64,000 nucleotides of DNA, from assembly GCA_039794045.1 (NCBI GenBank), contig JBAMLY010000001.1:1-64000 (forward strand). The letters are read 5' to 3'. The notes under the pieces are model-generated. The model was not told where the DNA came from and did not search any database. It worked only from the letters and a program-made list of their open reading frames with translations. A program made the position numbers and the translations under genes. Origin of the DNA: Candidatus Micrarchaeia archaeon. GTDB lineage: Archaea > Micrarchaeota > Micrarchaeia > Norongarragalinales > UBA8480. Below are positions 1-8,426 of the stretch, one piece after another (the stretch's first letter is position 1; every line of letters starts with the position of its first letter).

Positions 1-104
1 GGTTGGCCCACCTCCCCGCTTGCCAAAGCCTGCCAAAAAACATTTTTCGCGCGCCAGTAATAAGCGCGGGCAGTAAAGCAATGCATTCGCTTGCTGTCCT
101 GGTT

Positions 105-302
105 TTAGCCGCGTTTTGGTGGCGTGCGCTCTAAACCGCTTAACTTCCACAGGAAGTAAGCAGCGTAAACCGCGAAAGCCAGCGAGAGAACGTAAACGAG
201 TGCTTCAAGAGAGTACGCGCCAAAAGAATACCCTACGAGTTGCAAGACGAACAATACGAGGCAAGCAGCTAAAACTACTTCAATTGCTTTGTCTAACTTC
301 AT
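105..302 (-). CDS. small membrane protein (2 predicted TM helices)
   Basis: 65-aa hydrophobic ORF; start overlaps the stop of the upstream ORF. Confidence 0.6.
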   Translation of the reverse strand: MKLDKAIEVVLAACLVLFVLQLVGYSFGAYSLEALVYVLSLAFAVYAAYFLWKLSGLERTPPKRG

Positions 303-1135
303 TTCCTTTCTCCCCCGAAATTTCCTCTTGGCTTGGGAATCTTTAGTTCAGGGTAGGCGTCGTTTGCCACCTCCACTGAAACGAAGGGCGGAAAACCCCC
401 GTGCTCTAATACCCTGGAGTAAAAGAAGCGCTTGCCTTCTTTAATGTTTTGCGCACCAGCAGCACGCTCGATTTCCTCGTCCACGTGGGACTCGCGCGCA
501 GCAGCAAGCATTTCCGTCACGCGCGCGGCAGACTTTCTGTGAGGAAAGCGTGAAAGAAACTCTTCAGCTAACGCGTTCACGCCAAGCAGCGAACCAGTCT
601 TCCTGTAGAGAGTAAAATGAATTCCCACCAAGCCAACGAAGGCCTCCTTGCGCTCGCCTTCAAGCGAAGCCTTTTTCACCACCGTCCACTCGGGCAAACT
701 CGAAGCAAGCCGCACTTCGTTCTTTGAATGCTTTCCAGAAAAAACTGGGGCGTCGAAAGGCAGAACGCGGTCGAACACTTTTTTGACGTAGAAAGCCAAG
801 GCAATGGCGCGGAAAGCCTTGCGCTGGCACTCGTACTTCTTGCGTTCGTCGTCCTCCACTTCCCGTGGCGGAACTGTTACAGCTGCTTCCAGCGAAGCTT
901 CAAGCCTGGCCGGCTTCAGGGAAGAAAAAAAGTCTTCCAAGCCGTTTGCGCGAACGCCTTCGGCTAGCCGCGACAACTTCCCGCACTCTATTGGCGCGTA
1001 CTCGAATTCTTTTAAGGCGACGAGCTCTAACGCGCGAGACAACAACGAAGCCAGCCCGCGCTCGTCCGCTCCAGACAATTTCTCGAAAGCAGGAAAGTCT
1101 GGAAAAGCAGAAGCAAACAACACGAATTCTTCCAT
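299..1135 (-). CDS. DUF2666-like archaeal protein, apparently two tandem domains
   Basis: Start at MEEFVLF just after rpl37ae; C-terminal YPELKIPKPRG resembles DUF2666 termini. Confidence 0.55.
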   Translation of the reverse strand: MEEFVLFASAFPDFPAFEKLSGADERGLASLLSRALELVALKEFEYAPIECGKLSRLAEGVRANGLEDFFSSLKPARLEASLEAAVTVPPREVEDDERKKYECQRKAFRAIALAFYVKKVFDRVLPFDAPVFSGKHSKNEVRLASSLPEWTVVKKASLEGERKEAFVGLVGIHFTLYRKTGSLLGVNALAEEFLSRFPHRKSAARVTEMLAAARESHVDEEIERAAGAQNIKEGKRFFYSRVLEHGGFPPFVSVEVANDAYPELKIPKPRGNFGGERK

Positions 1136-1146
1136 GAAACTCGCTT

Positions 1147-1386
1147 TTATTCTTTCTTGGCTTGCCTTAAGACGTCCACCACCTTGTTGGCGGCAACGCC
1201 TACTTGCGTGGAAAGAGAGTACGCACCGCCGGCCACTACTGCCCCGCAAGCCCGGCACTCCCACAAAGAGTTGGCCTTGCGTTTCACGGCTTTCTTGCCG
1301 CACTTTGGGCACTCGTACTTGACGCGCGACTGCTTCAAAACCTCTGCTTCAGCTTTCCTTATCCTGACTCCATACCTTGAACTCAT
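1147..1386 (-). CDS. rpl37ae: 50S ribosomal protein L37Ae (eL43)
   Basis: RYG..IRK, CPKC...WECRAC zinc ribbon, AGGAY; position after rrp42. Confidence 0.95.
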   Translation of the reverse strand: MSSRYGVRIRKAEAEVLKQSRVKYECPKCGKKAVKRKANSLWECRACGAVVAGGAYSLSTQVGVAANKVVDVLRQAKKE

Positions 1387-1402
1387 TCCTGCATCAACTC
1401 AC

Positions 1403-2191
1403 TTAAACTAGTACAGCAAGTTCGCCGAACTTGCCTAACGCAATGTCCAGTAACTCCATCATTTCGCGCTTTGAAAAACCAGCGCGTCCGCTCTTCTGGC
1501 CAGCTACCATGAACTGGCCATCACAAACAGCTATAGTTAGCCGCCCGTCTGAAGCAACTTCTTCTTCCTCGGTGGCGTCCACCACGATCTTGCCAGAAAT
1601 CTTTTCGAAGGTAACCGTCAAAACCTTGTTGAGCAACGGAAGAGGAGAAACGCGGTTTTCCCTGTCCACTACGCCCTCGCTTTCACTATTGCCCGGCGAG
1701 TAAGAAGGAAGCTTCGTGCAACTCAAAGCCGCCATCGCAGCCAAGGCCGCAGCATCAGTCAAGTTGCCGCAGTGATCCAAAACGTATAAGTCAACGAAGA
1801 CTCCCCACACTTTGCCGTCTGGAAGCGCGAGCTTAGCCAAGTCAATTGTGCCCGCCGCCCTAATACCGCGGTCCACCACGCGAGCCAACTCAATTGAGTC
1901 CTCGTTGGGCGGGCCCGCAGTAAAGCCAGGGTGCGCAAGCGGAGCGAACTCCGCGTTCACCGACAAAACGCCTTCCCCCGGCCTGTCCGAGAAAGGCTCT
2001 ACGGCGTCAACCTTCACGCCGGCAAGCACTTTAGTGTCGCCAACAAAAGCGATAGCGCTTCCCTCGCAGTTAGAGTAAACGCTTTTCTCTACCTTAATCG
2101 GCCGGTACTGAAGCATTTGGCGCCCGTCAGCGCGCCTTCCGTGAGCCATCAAGTCCTTAACGTAAGCCTCTTTAACCTCGTCCAAAATCAC
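1403..2191 (-). CDS. rrp42: exosome complex subunit Rrp42
   Basis: RADGR...YRPI, PPNEDSIELARVVDRGIR, LDHCGNLTDAA; operon context. Confidence 0.95.
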   Translation of the reverse strand: MILDEVKEAYVKDLMAHGRRADGRQMLQYRPIKVEKSVYSNCEGSAIAFVGDTKVLAGVKVDAVEPFSDRPGEGVLSVNAEFAPLAHPGFTAGPPNEDSIELARVVDRGIRAAGTIDLAKLALPDGKVWGVFVDLYVLDHCGNLTDAAALAAMAALSCTKLPSYSPGNSESEGVVDRENRVSPLPLLNKVLTVTFEKISGKIVVDATEEEEVASDGRLTIAVCDGQFMVAGQKSGRAGFSKREMMELLDIALGKFGELAVLV

Positions 2192-2201
2192 TTAAACCAC
2201 C

Positions 2202-2945
2202 CTATTCTCCTTCTTCTACTTCGGCGCGCGAGTACTTCTCCACTAGGGCAGCTACTTGTTTTTCGCGCACGGCCTTCGCCGCCTCAAAAATCATGTCCAA
2301 CGCGTTAGAAACCTCTTCGCGAGTAAGCTTTCCATCCATCTGGTAAAGCAAAACCTCGCCAGTGCGAAGCGAAACAATGGCAGGCATGTCTGACTCGCCG
2401 TAATTGTCTTCAAGCTTGTCCAAGTCAACCACTTGCTCGCCGTCAATCTTTCCAACAGAAACGCCCTGCACCAAGTCCTTGACTGGAATTCCCGCGTCCA
2501 CCAACGCCACGCTCGCAGCAGTAATAGCGGCAACGCGCGTCCCCCCATCACTCTGGAGAACCTCCATGTCAATGTCTATCGCAGTCTTCGGAAAACGCTC
2601 CACTAAAACATTGTTCTCGAAAACGTGTTTTGCAACCTTACTGATTTCTATGCTGCGGCGGTTGGGGCCACTGCGCCCGTGCTCTTCAAGCGACGAAAAC
2701 GGCGCCATCACGTACCGCGCGTTAATAATAGCCTTGTACGGGTCAGTCAAGTGCTTCGGAAAAACCTCTCGCGGCCCGTAAACGCCAACAAGAATGCGGT
2801 TGTTGCCCCACTCTATCAAGGCAGAACCATTAGCTTGCCTGAGCACGCCAGCCGTTATCTTTAAGTTCCTCAAATCCATTTTGCCGCGGCCGCTCAAGCG
2901 CTTGCCGTCAATAAAAAGCTTTGGCTTGTTCAATGCAGAACCCAT
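2202..2945 (-). CDS. rrp41: exosome complex exonuclease Rrp41
   Basis: GSALIEWG, VYGPRE, RRSIEISK, QSDGGTR, DNYGESDMP. Confidence 0.95.
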   Translation of the reverse strand: MGSALNKPKLFIDGKRLSGRGKMDLRNLKITAGVLRQANGSALIEWGNNRILVGVYGPREVFPKHLTDPYKAIINARYVMAPFSSLEEHGRSGPNRRSIEISKVAKHVFENNVLVERFPKTAIDIDMEVLQSDGGTRVAAITAASVALVDAGIPVKDLVQGVSVGKIDGEQVVDLDKLEDNYGESDMPAIVSLRTGEVLLYQMDGKLTREEVSNALDMIFEAAKAVREKQVAALVEKYSRAEVEEGE

Positions 2946-2952
2946 ACTTTAA

Positions 2953-3573
2953 TCACTTCCTGAAACCATTACCGGAAGCGGCTTCCGCCCGCAAGAACGC
3001 TTGAATGCGGTCCGTCAAGCCAGAAGTGTGCGCTTCCCTGCAAATCTTCATTATCGCAAGCGACGCCAAATGAGAATTGCCTCCCTTCAAGTAAATCCTT
3101 CCATTCTTTCCAACGAAAATTTCGGAGCCAGTCGCTTCCTGCAACATTTGAAGCATGCTGCCGTTCCGCCCTATAACGCGTGGAACCTTGACGCTCTCAA
3201 TCTCAAGAATTTCTCCACCCACGAGCCGGCGCGGCTCAACGACCATGGCGTTGTTCACTTCGTCTACAGCCATTATCTTCACGGAAACAACGTCGCCAAC
3301 GCGAAACTCTTCTCGCGTGTCCTTCGTGCTCAGCTTTCCCTCGTAAGGAGAATTCAAGTCAATAACGTAACCACTAAACAACTCTTCCTTCACTATGCCA
3401 ACCACGTAATCGCCGTAGTTAGGCACGTACTTCCCCTTCAAAGGAATTACTTTATCGCCGGAAAACAAGCTCAGAACAGAAGCAAAAGTCTTTCCACCCT
3501 CAACGAAAGTGCCCTCCGCCCGCAACGGCTTGTCCAAAACCATTTCACCAGGCAAAACAATCCTCTTATCCAT
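2953..3573 (-). CDS. rrp4: exosome RNA-binding subunit Rrp4 (S1+KH)
   Basis: VLPGE, IPLKGKYVP, KVPRVIGRNGSM, GKNGRI. Confidence 0.93.
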   Translation of the reverse strand: MDKRIVLPGEMVLDKPLRAEGTFVEGGKTFASVLSLFSGDKVIPLKGKYVPNYGDYVVGIVKEELFSGYVIDLNSPYEGKLSTKDTREEFRVGDVVSVKIMAVDEVNNAMVVEPRRLVGGEILEIESVKVPRVIGRNGSMLQMLQEATGSEIFVGKNGRIYLKGGNSHLASLAIMKICREAHTSGLTDRIQAFLRAEAASGNGFRK

Positions 3574-3605
3574 TTCAAACCACTTCACTCAAACCATTCA
3601 AAAAA

Positions 3606-4298
3606 TCAATTCAAAACCCTTGACTGAACCTGGCCACTCGTCAGGCGGTTCAACCGGTCGTACAACTCTGACTGAACGCCGGCAGGAATTTCAACCACGC
3701 AAACAAGCGAGCCGTCATTCGCCCACTCCTCCCGCTGAATGCCGTACTCCTTCAGCACTCCGTAAGCGCGCGCCGAAAAAACTGCGGGAACCTTGACTGC
3801 CAAGCGCACTTTCTCCAAGCTTATCGGAATAATTTCCCTAATCTTTTCAATGACTGCGCCAACCTGTTCCTCGGCTGGCTTGAACGCGTCAACGTGAACC
3901 TTCGCCTGCTCCATTGCCGCTTCAATGCGCTGAGGTGGGTGAGGAAGCTTGTCGCGCGGGTTGACGCAGTTGCGCGCAATCCAGTTTATTATCTTGAGCC
4001 TCTTCTCCTCCAACAACTTACGGCGTTGTTCAGTGGTAAGCTGAACCTCGCCGTCACGAAAAATCACTTCAGCTACCTTGAAAACGTCCGTGGTCCCAAA
4101 CGCCTTCATCAAAGCAGTTGAAGTCTGCCTGTCGCCCTTGCGGGCGTCCTTGAAAACCTCTTCAGCGACCAACACGTTGTTCAAGTCCTTCTTAGCGCCA
4201 GTCTTGTAATCGTAAGCCAGCCTCGCGTCCACCAACAACTCGAACTTCTCGCCTCCCTTCTCCAACCGAGCAATAATAGTGTTCTCAATACCTGCCAT
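3606..4298 (-). CDS. ribosome assembly factor SBDS/Sdo1
   Basis: GEKFELLVD, FKDARKG, FGTTD, PHPPQRIEAAM. Confidence 0.95.
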   Translation of the reverse strand: MAGIENTIIARLEKGGEKFELLVDARLAYDYKTGAKKDLNNVLVAEEVFKDARKGDRQTSTALMKAFGTTDVFKVAEVIFRDGEVQLTTEQRRKLLEEKRLKIINWIARNCVNPRDKLPHPPQRIEAAMEQAKVHVDAFKPAEEQVGAVIEKIREIIPISLEKVRLAVKVPAVFSARAYGVLKEYGIQREEWANDGSLVCVVEIPAGVQSELYDRLNRLTSGQVQSRVLN

Positions 4299-4302
4299 CT
4301 CG

Positions 4303-5019
4303 TCACTTCTCTGAAATCAAAGCAGAAACCTCGCCACGCGAAAGCAACCGCGTCCTCTTGCCAGCTTTTTCAACGAAAGCAATGTCTACGTTGCTGGAAG
4401 AAAGCTTTTCCTCCACCGCCTTCCGCAAAGCCCTCAAAGCAAGCTTTGCAGCCTCCTGCATGGAAAGCCCTTCCTCGTACTCTTTCTCGAAAAACTCTTC
4501 CACTACCTTCTTGCCAGACCCAATCGCGGTCGCCTTGTACTCGAAAAGCGCGCCGCTTGGGTCAGTTTCAAACAACCGCGCCGCCTCACTGGACACTCCA
4601 GCCAACAACAACGAAACCCCGTAAGGCCTCACACCAGCATACTGAGTGAAAAACTGTATATGGTCCCCCACTCTCTTGGAAAGAAGCTCCACAGGAATAT
4701 CTTCGTCGAACGTCAAACGGTGCTTCTGCGCCTCAACCCTCGCAAATTCAACGAGCTTGCGCGCGTCAGCCACCAGCCCAGAAGAAGCAGTCGCAATGTG
4801 CTGGTCAATCTGAAAAATCTTCTCGTGAGAGTCCCCAACCACTAACGGGCTGGAAATGCGCTTGTGCGCCACGAGAACAACGCCATCCTTGTTTACCACG
4901 CCAGCACTAGTACTGCCAGTGCGCACTGCCTCGCGCGCGTACTCCACTTGAAAAAGCCTGCCATCAGGCGAGAACACCGTGATAGCGCGGTCGTAAGCAC
5001 TTTGTTGCGGCGGATACAT
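4303..5019 (-). CDS. psmA: proteasome alpha subunit
   Basis: YDRAITVFSPDGRLFQVEYAREAV; ETDPSG; GGAGG upstream of the ATG at 5019. Confidence 0.97.
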   Translation of the reverse strand: MYPPQQSAYDRAITVFSPDGRLFQVEYAREAVRTGSTSAGVVNKDGVVLVAHKRISSPLVVGDSHEKIFQIDQHIATASSGLVADARKLVEFARVEAQKHRLTFDEDIPVELLSKRVGDHIQFFTQYAGVRPYGVSLLLAGVSSEAARLFETDPSGALFEYKATAIGSGKKVVEEFFEKEYEEGLSMQEAAKLALRALRKAVEEKLSSSNVDIAFVEKAGKRTRLLSRGEVSALISEK

Positions 5020-5179
5020 TTTCAACCAGCCTCCCAATTTTTGCTTGTCCGAGCAAAAACTTGACTTGAAAACCAACTCGACCAGAAAACACAAAGAAGC
5101 GGTTCAGGAGCCGCTCAACGGCGGGCGTCTTGAAACCGAGAACTTCCCTTTATTTTTCCAGCAATTATTTTGTCGGGCT

Positions 5180-5515
5180 TCATTTATAAAACTGCTTTTC
5201 CGAGCCCCGCCCAGCGAAGCCAGTGCCCGCCACCGACCCGCTCACGCGCGAAACGCGCAAAGCAACTCCCTCACCACCAAAAAAACGCTTTAAAGCCAAA
5301 GCCGCAACCACGCCCTCCAACTCGGAAGCCGCGCACTTCAATAACAACTCTTGCCTGCCAGCGTCAAACCCCTTCAATTGCACCGCCGCACGAGAAGCCC
5401 CGAACTCGCCAAGCAACTGGAAAACCGCTTCGTAAACCAAGCGCTTCGCGAGAACCTCGTCAAACTCCTTGCGCGCAAACAAGCGAACAACCAAGTAACG
5501 CTTCTTCTCCCTCAC
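5180..5515 (-). CDS. rnp2: RNase P protein Pop5/Rpp14
   Basis: REKKRYL..., VSGSV motif; between rpp30 and psmA. Confidence 0.85.
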   Translation of the reverse strand: MREKKRYLVVRLFARKEFDEVLAKRLVYEAVFQLLGEFGASRAAVQLKGFDAGRQELLLKCAASELEGVVAALALKRFFGGEGVALRVSRVSGSVAGTGFAGRGSEKQFYK

Positions 5516-6051
5516 TGCAAGCCACCCAAAACCTCTTCCGCAACAAAGCCGACCGCTGCAGACGCTTGCTCGCGCGACAAGCCAACCAAGAAACCAATCG
5601 CGGCAACTTCCCGTGGAGACTTCAAGTCAAACTCGTCCTCAGCACGCGAAGTGAAAACAAAAGGAACACCGCGCTTGACACACCGACGCAAGAAAAAACG
5701 CAGTTGATTCAACGCCTTCGCGCGGTTCACGAAACTCGCGTGCAGCAGCGGACGCAACGGAATTTCGAAGACGCGCTTCTTGTCCTTCGCAGCAGCGAGG
5801 AGCTCGTCGTCCTTGTAATAATAAGGAAAGCGAGTAGGGTTAAGCAAGGCAAAGCGGCCCCGCCTGCACGCCTCAACCAACAAACTCAAGTTCTCCGACT
5901 CGACAATCACGAGCTCATTGTCCTCCCGCGTGGGAACGTCCACGCTCTTCCTTAAACTCACGACGCGCGCAGCTATTGCTTTGGAAAAACCGAGCTCCAC
6001 CGCCTTCGAGACAAGCTTGGCGTCCGCAACGCATAAGTCGTAGTAATTCAT
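5512..6051 (-). CDS. rnp3: RNase P protein Rpp30
   Basis: YYDL start, FEIPLRPLL, TSRAEDEFDLKSPRE motif. Confidence 0.85.
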   Translation of the reverse strand: MNYYDLCVADAKLVSKAVELGFSKAIAARVVSLRKSVDVPTREDNELVIVESENLSLLVEACRRGRFALLNPTRFPYYYKDDELLAAAKDKKRVFEIPLRPLLHASFVNRAKALNQLRFFLRRCVKRGVPFVFTSRAEDEFDLKSPREVAAIGFLVGLSREQASAAVGFVAEEVLGGLQ

Positions 6052-6094
6052 GAAAACCCAAAAGAAATAAAATAAAAAGAAGAATAAAAACGAG

Positions 6095-6580
6095 TTACTT
6101 CTTCGCCGTCACCGCTTCTCCTGCCGCAGTTGCCGCGGGTGCGGCGGGCTTGGCTTGCGAGCGGGCTGGCTTTGAAGAGCAGTTGTTTTTGAGGACGACT
6201 TCGTAGAACGTGTTTTGACCGTCTTCTCCAACATAGTACGAGCCGACGACGTCGAGGTTAGGGTACCTGCGCGCGACTTTTTGTTCAGCGAACCACTGCC
6301 AGGACTTGCTTGGGTTTTCGCGCTTGCGGTTGCGGCCCGGCTTTCTTCCCTGGTCTGCTTTCTTGCGGACGCGCTTGCCTTTCTTCACGCGAACGCGGGC
6401 AACCACGAATTCCTTCTTGGCTTTGAAGCCGAGGCTCCTCGCTCGCGCTATGTTGGTTGGCTTCTCAATGCGAGTGATTACTGGTTGGTTGCGCCACACT
6501 GAAAGGCGGGCGCGGTATTCTGGCGCGCGTTCCTTGTATTGTTGCTGAAAAGTTTTTTGCACGTACTTATACATTCCCAT
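6095..6580 (-). CDS. rpl15e: 50S ribosomal protein L15e (C-terminally shortened)
   Basis: MGMYKY, RIEKPTNIARARSLGFKAK, YPNLDVVGSYYVGEDG; GGTGAT upstream. Confidence 0.95.
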   Translation of the reverse strand: MGMYKYVQKTFQQQYKERAPEYRARLSVWRNQPVITRIEKPTNIARARSLGFKAKKEFVVARVRVKKGKRVRKKADQGRKPGRNRKRENPSKSWQWFAEQKVARRYPNLDVVGSYYVGEDGQNTFYEVVLKNNCSSKPARSQAKPAAPAATAAGEAVTAKK

Positions 6581-6667
6581 CTTGTTTATCACCAGTTAAC
6601 GCGTTCAGGGCCGCGCTGCTTGCCGGGCGCCCGCAGCGTCGTTATCTTCCTACATCCGCGAAAAAAA

Positions 6668-6883
6668 TTATTCCCCGAACTGTTTTTTGGCTCGGGCAGG
6701 GTTTTGTTCTGACTTGAACTCCTTTCTTTTCTTCGTGTTCGTCCAGCAGTCCTTGCAGATTACGCGGCGAATTGTTTTGGCGACGGTGCGCGAGCTCTTA
6801 ATGCAGGCGCGGCACACTTTCCTGCCACAGTAATCGCAGGCTTCTATGACGTGAGCGTCAGAACCACATCTTTCGCACTTCAT
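6668..6883 (-). CDS. small Cys-rich zinc-finger protein
   Basis: Four CxxC pairs (CERC, CDYC, CRAC, CKDC) in 71 aa. Confidence 0.7.
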   Translation of the reverse strand: MKCERCGSDAHVIEACDYCGRKVCRACIKSSRTVAKTIRRVICKDCWTNTKKRKEFKSEQNPARAKKQFGE

Positions 6884-6944
6884 TATTCAACCAACTCTCT
6901 TCATGAAAAGAAAAAACTTGAAAAAAAATTGGAAAAAGCTTTTC

Positions 6945-7289
6945 CTACTTTTGCAGCACTATCTCGACGGAAGTAACCTTCGTAGCGCGTCCGTCCATTG
7001 AGGTGACGTCCTCAGTTGAAACGTTGACCGACTTTATTTGCAGGGCTGGAAAGAAACGGTTTTTCACTATTTCTTCCACGTCGAAGGCAGTGCTTATAGA
7101 TCGCCCGCGCGCCTTGAGTTTGACTTCAGGCGAGCCAGTGTTGAACTGCGTTACGGCGGCTAAAACGTATGCCATTGTGTTCTTTTTGCCGACGTAAATC
7201 GTGTTTGGATCACGTGGGCCCACCTCGTGGCGTGGCACGCGCTGCATTGGCTGCCCTACAGGCTGTTCTTGTTCCATTGGTTGCTCCAT
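6945..7289 (-). CDS. albA: DNA/RNA-binding protein Alba
   Basis: IYVGKKNTMAYVLA, LKARGRSISTAFDVEEI. Confidence 0.93.
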   Translation of the reverse strand: MEQPMEQEQPVGQPMQRVPRHEVGPRDPNTIYVGKKNTMAYVLAAVTQFNTGSPEVKLKARGRSISTAFDVEEIVKNRFFPALQIKSVNVSTEDVTSMDGRATKVTSVEIVLQK

Positions 7290-7413
7290 GTTTTTCCACC
7301 CTTTTTCGCTTGTTTTGTGTTAATAGTTTTCCAGTGAACTTTCTGAATAACAGAATTGTTTTGAGTGCAAGCAAATAATAATATTTGGTTGCCTAAAACC
7401 ATCGTGGTCGCAA

Positions 7414-7617
7414 TTGGTTAGAGTGAAAATAATTAAAAACGGCTCGCAGGAAGAACGAGTCTTGCGGCGCGCGCGCACGGTAGCGCAAGCGATTGCTTTG
7501 CTTGGCTTGAACAAGGAAACACTCGTCCCAAAACTCAACGGCGAGGTTTGCTCTCTCTCTGAAGAGCTCGGCGACGAAGATGAAATCGAATTAATTCACA
7601 TCATTTACGGTGGGTAA
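7414..7617 (+). CDS. ThiS/MoaD/SAMP-family ubiquitin-like sulfur carrier
   Basis: 67 aa, KLNGE...DEIELI, C-terminal Gly-Gly. Confidence 0.85.
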   Translation: MVRVKIIKNGSQEERVLRRARTVAQAIALLGLNKETLVPKLNGEVCSLSEELGDEDEIELIHIIYGG

Positions 7618-7619
7618 CT

Positions 7620-8339
7620 TTGCACGGCCACGCGATAGCACACGAAATAATTGAGAAAGCAAGAAAAAAAGGAGAGCCAAAAGCAATCGAAGTAGAAGTA
7701 GGCGAACTCTCCACCATCACACCCTCAGAGTTAATGAAGTCATTGAAGCAGCACGTTAACTGGAAGGTCCGCATTTTCTACAGGAAAGGCGTCGTAGCCT
7801 GCGCGTGCGGCTTCAAAGGCAAGCCAAAAATACTGGCGCGGGAACACGACTTAGTGTTGTTTGCTTGCCCGAAGTGCGGCGCGGCCCCACAAGCAGTGAA
7901 AGGAAATTCAGTGTTCCTCAAGAAAGTGACGCTTGACGCCACGCCAACTTTCTTGGCCGTCGGAAACCCCTTGCTGGAAGGAGACTCGCTTGCGCTCGCG
8001 GCCTGCAAGCGCGCTTCAAAAAAAAGCAGTGCTTCCTTTGTTTTCTGCGAGAGCTTGGACGACTTGATGGAAGAACTCTCTGCAAGGGGAGGCAAAAAAA
8101 TAGTCGTTGACGCCGCCAAAGGAATAAGCAAGCCACGCCTCGTTAAACTAAAGGCGCTGAAGGCAGAGCCAGTTGTTGGAGCGCACTCCTTCGACGCTGG
8201 CTTCTTTCTCCGCTTGGCTGAAGCCGCAGGAGCCGCGCGCGGCGTGAAAGTGCTTGCCTTGCCTGAAAACTCTTCCTTAGACGATGCCGTGCACGCGGTT
8301 TTAAAAGCTGCGGGCGGAAAGCACCCCAAAAAGCGCTAG
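7620..8339 (+). CDS. hypA: HypA nickel metallochaperone fused to hydrogenase maturation endopeptidase-like domain
   Basis: N-term MH..., VEVGELS, CxC...CPKC (HypA); C-term VGNPLLEGDS...VVDAA...AH (HycI/HybD-like). Confidence 0.8.
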   Translation: MHGHAIAHEIIEKARKKGEPKAIEVEVGELSTITPSELMKSLKQHVNWKVRIFYRKGVVACACGFKGKPKILAREHDLVLFACPKCGAAPQAVKGNSVFLKKVTLDATPTFLAVGNPLLEGDSLALAACKRASKKSSASFVFCESLDDLMEELSARGGKKIVVDAAKGISKPRLVKLKALKAEPVVGAHSFDAGFFLRLAEAAGAARGVKVLALPENSSLDDAVHAVLKAAGGKHPKKR

Positions 8340-8416
8340 ACCCTCTGCTTAAAAGAAGGCTTTCTCAGCTTCCTTCTCTCTTTTCTCTTCCGTCGCAGTT
8401 TCTTGCTCTTCAGCAA
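8336..8416 (-). CDS. putative 26-aa highly basic peptide (eL41/eS32-like composition)
   Basis: TTG start 6 nt after AGGTGA; (M)LKSKKLRRKRKERRKLRKPSFKQRV*; not in the ORF track. Confidence 0.35.
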   Translation of the reverse strand: MLKSKKLRRKRKERRKLRKPSFKQRV

Positions 8417-8426
8417 ACCAGTTCAC

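Noticed and set aside
1..17. Minus-strand GGGGAGGTGGGCCAACC could be the 5' end of a tRNA or other RNA
   Set aside because: Only 17 nt lie in the window, so a cloverleaf cannot be tested
5170..5955. Long + strand ORFs antisense to core genes (also 3001-3627, 11365-11970, 20860-21408)
   Set aside because: No motifs, and the opposite strand encodes clearly recognisable proteins
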